DNA of 64,000 bases from an uncultured Gemmatimonadales bacterium (GTDB lineage: Bacteria > Gemmatimonadota > Gemmatimonadetes > Gemmatimonadales > GWC2-71-9). Where the stretch lies: assembly GCA_963842945.1 (NCBI GenBank), contig CAWJIM010000005.1, positions 64,001 to 128,000 on the forward strand, in the 5' to 3' direction. Both the position numbers and the translations under genes were made by a program. Below the pieces are notes generated by a model. The model made no database searches. It was not told where the DNA came from and saw only the letters and a program-made list of their open reading frames with translations. Shown here in pieces: positions 63,623-64,000 of the stretch. The first letter of the stretch is position 1; every line of letters begins with the position of its first letter.

Positions 63623-64000
63623 CCCGGCACGCTGTGGTCCTTCCGCTGCTGCTGAGTGTTAGCCCGAGTCACGGGCTGCAGGATCGGCCAGTCCCCCAAT
63701 CCAGACCCATCATCGTGGCGTCGAAGCCATTTGGAGAGTCGTACCTGCTGGCGGAGATGTTTGCTCAGCTGCTGGAAGCGCGCGGCTACACTGTCAGCCG
63801 GCGACCCGGTCTGGGTGCCACGGAGATCGCCTTCCAGGCGCTTCGCGCCAATGCCATCGATGTGTATCCGGAATACACCGGTACCGGGCTCCTCGCCATT
63901 CTGGGGGAGCGGCCCAGTCCCGACCCAGCAGAAGTGTACCGCCGGGTAAGCCGCGAGTTCCGGGGGCGTTTCGGGGTGCGCTGGCTGCCGCCGCTCGGCT
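63619..64000 (+). CDS. Glycine betaine-type ABC substrate-binding (possibly permease-fused) protein, 3'-truncated; indel near the 5' end
   Basis: IIVASKPFGESYLLAEMF, GLGAT, IDVYPEYTGTG; ATGA overlap with the ATPase. Confidence 0.85.
   Translation, partial: MTRHAVVLPLLLSVSPSHGLQDRPVPQSRPIIVASKPFGESYLLAEMFAQLLEARGYTVSRRPGLGATEIAFQALRANAIDVYPEYTGTGLLAILGERPSPDPAEVYRRVSREFRGRFGVRWLPPLG

Overview
A GC-rich, gene-dense bacterial chromosomal segment with about 60 genes. The gene families suggest Gemmatimonadota (inference): carboxypeptidase-regulatory-domain TonB receptors, TolB/TPR Ser/Thr kinases and small lineage-type proteins. I found no rRNA, tRNA, CRISPR array, transposase or prophage. About 20 genes are broken by single-base frameshifts, which most likely reflects uncorrected long-read indels. 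Recognisable content includes pdxH, TPP riboswitch-thiC, a XoxJ/XoxF/cytochrome c-like PQQ dehydrogenase module with the lanthanide-type D-x-D motif, a split NHEJ system (Ku, two LigD polymerase domains, ligase), an ECF sigma/ZAS anti-sigma/TonB receptor module, several peptidases and the start of an osmoprotectant ABC transporter. The three best leads are: (1) a translationally coupled operon joining an archaeal-type cysteate synthase to a sugar-transfer-associated ATP-grasp ligase, a clan GH-A lipoprotein and an M24 peptidase, a candidate pathway for a cysteate-decorated envelope polymer; (2) a compact cluster of DnaA boxes plus an IHF consensus site directly upstream of the ku-ligD operon; (3) a dispersed family of 7/8/9-mer tandem-repeat hairpins at gene junctions that also lie inside coding sequence (thiC, signal peptides) and promoters.
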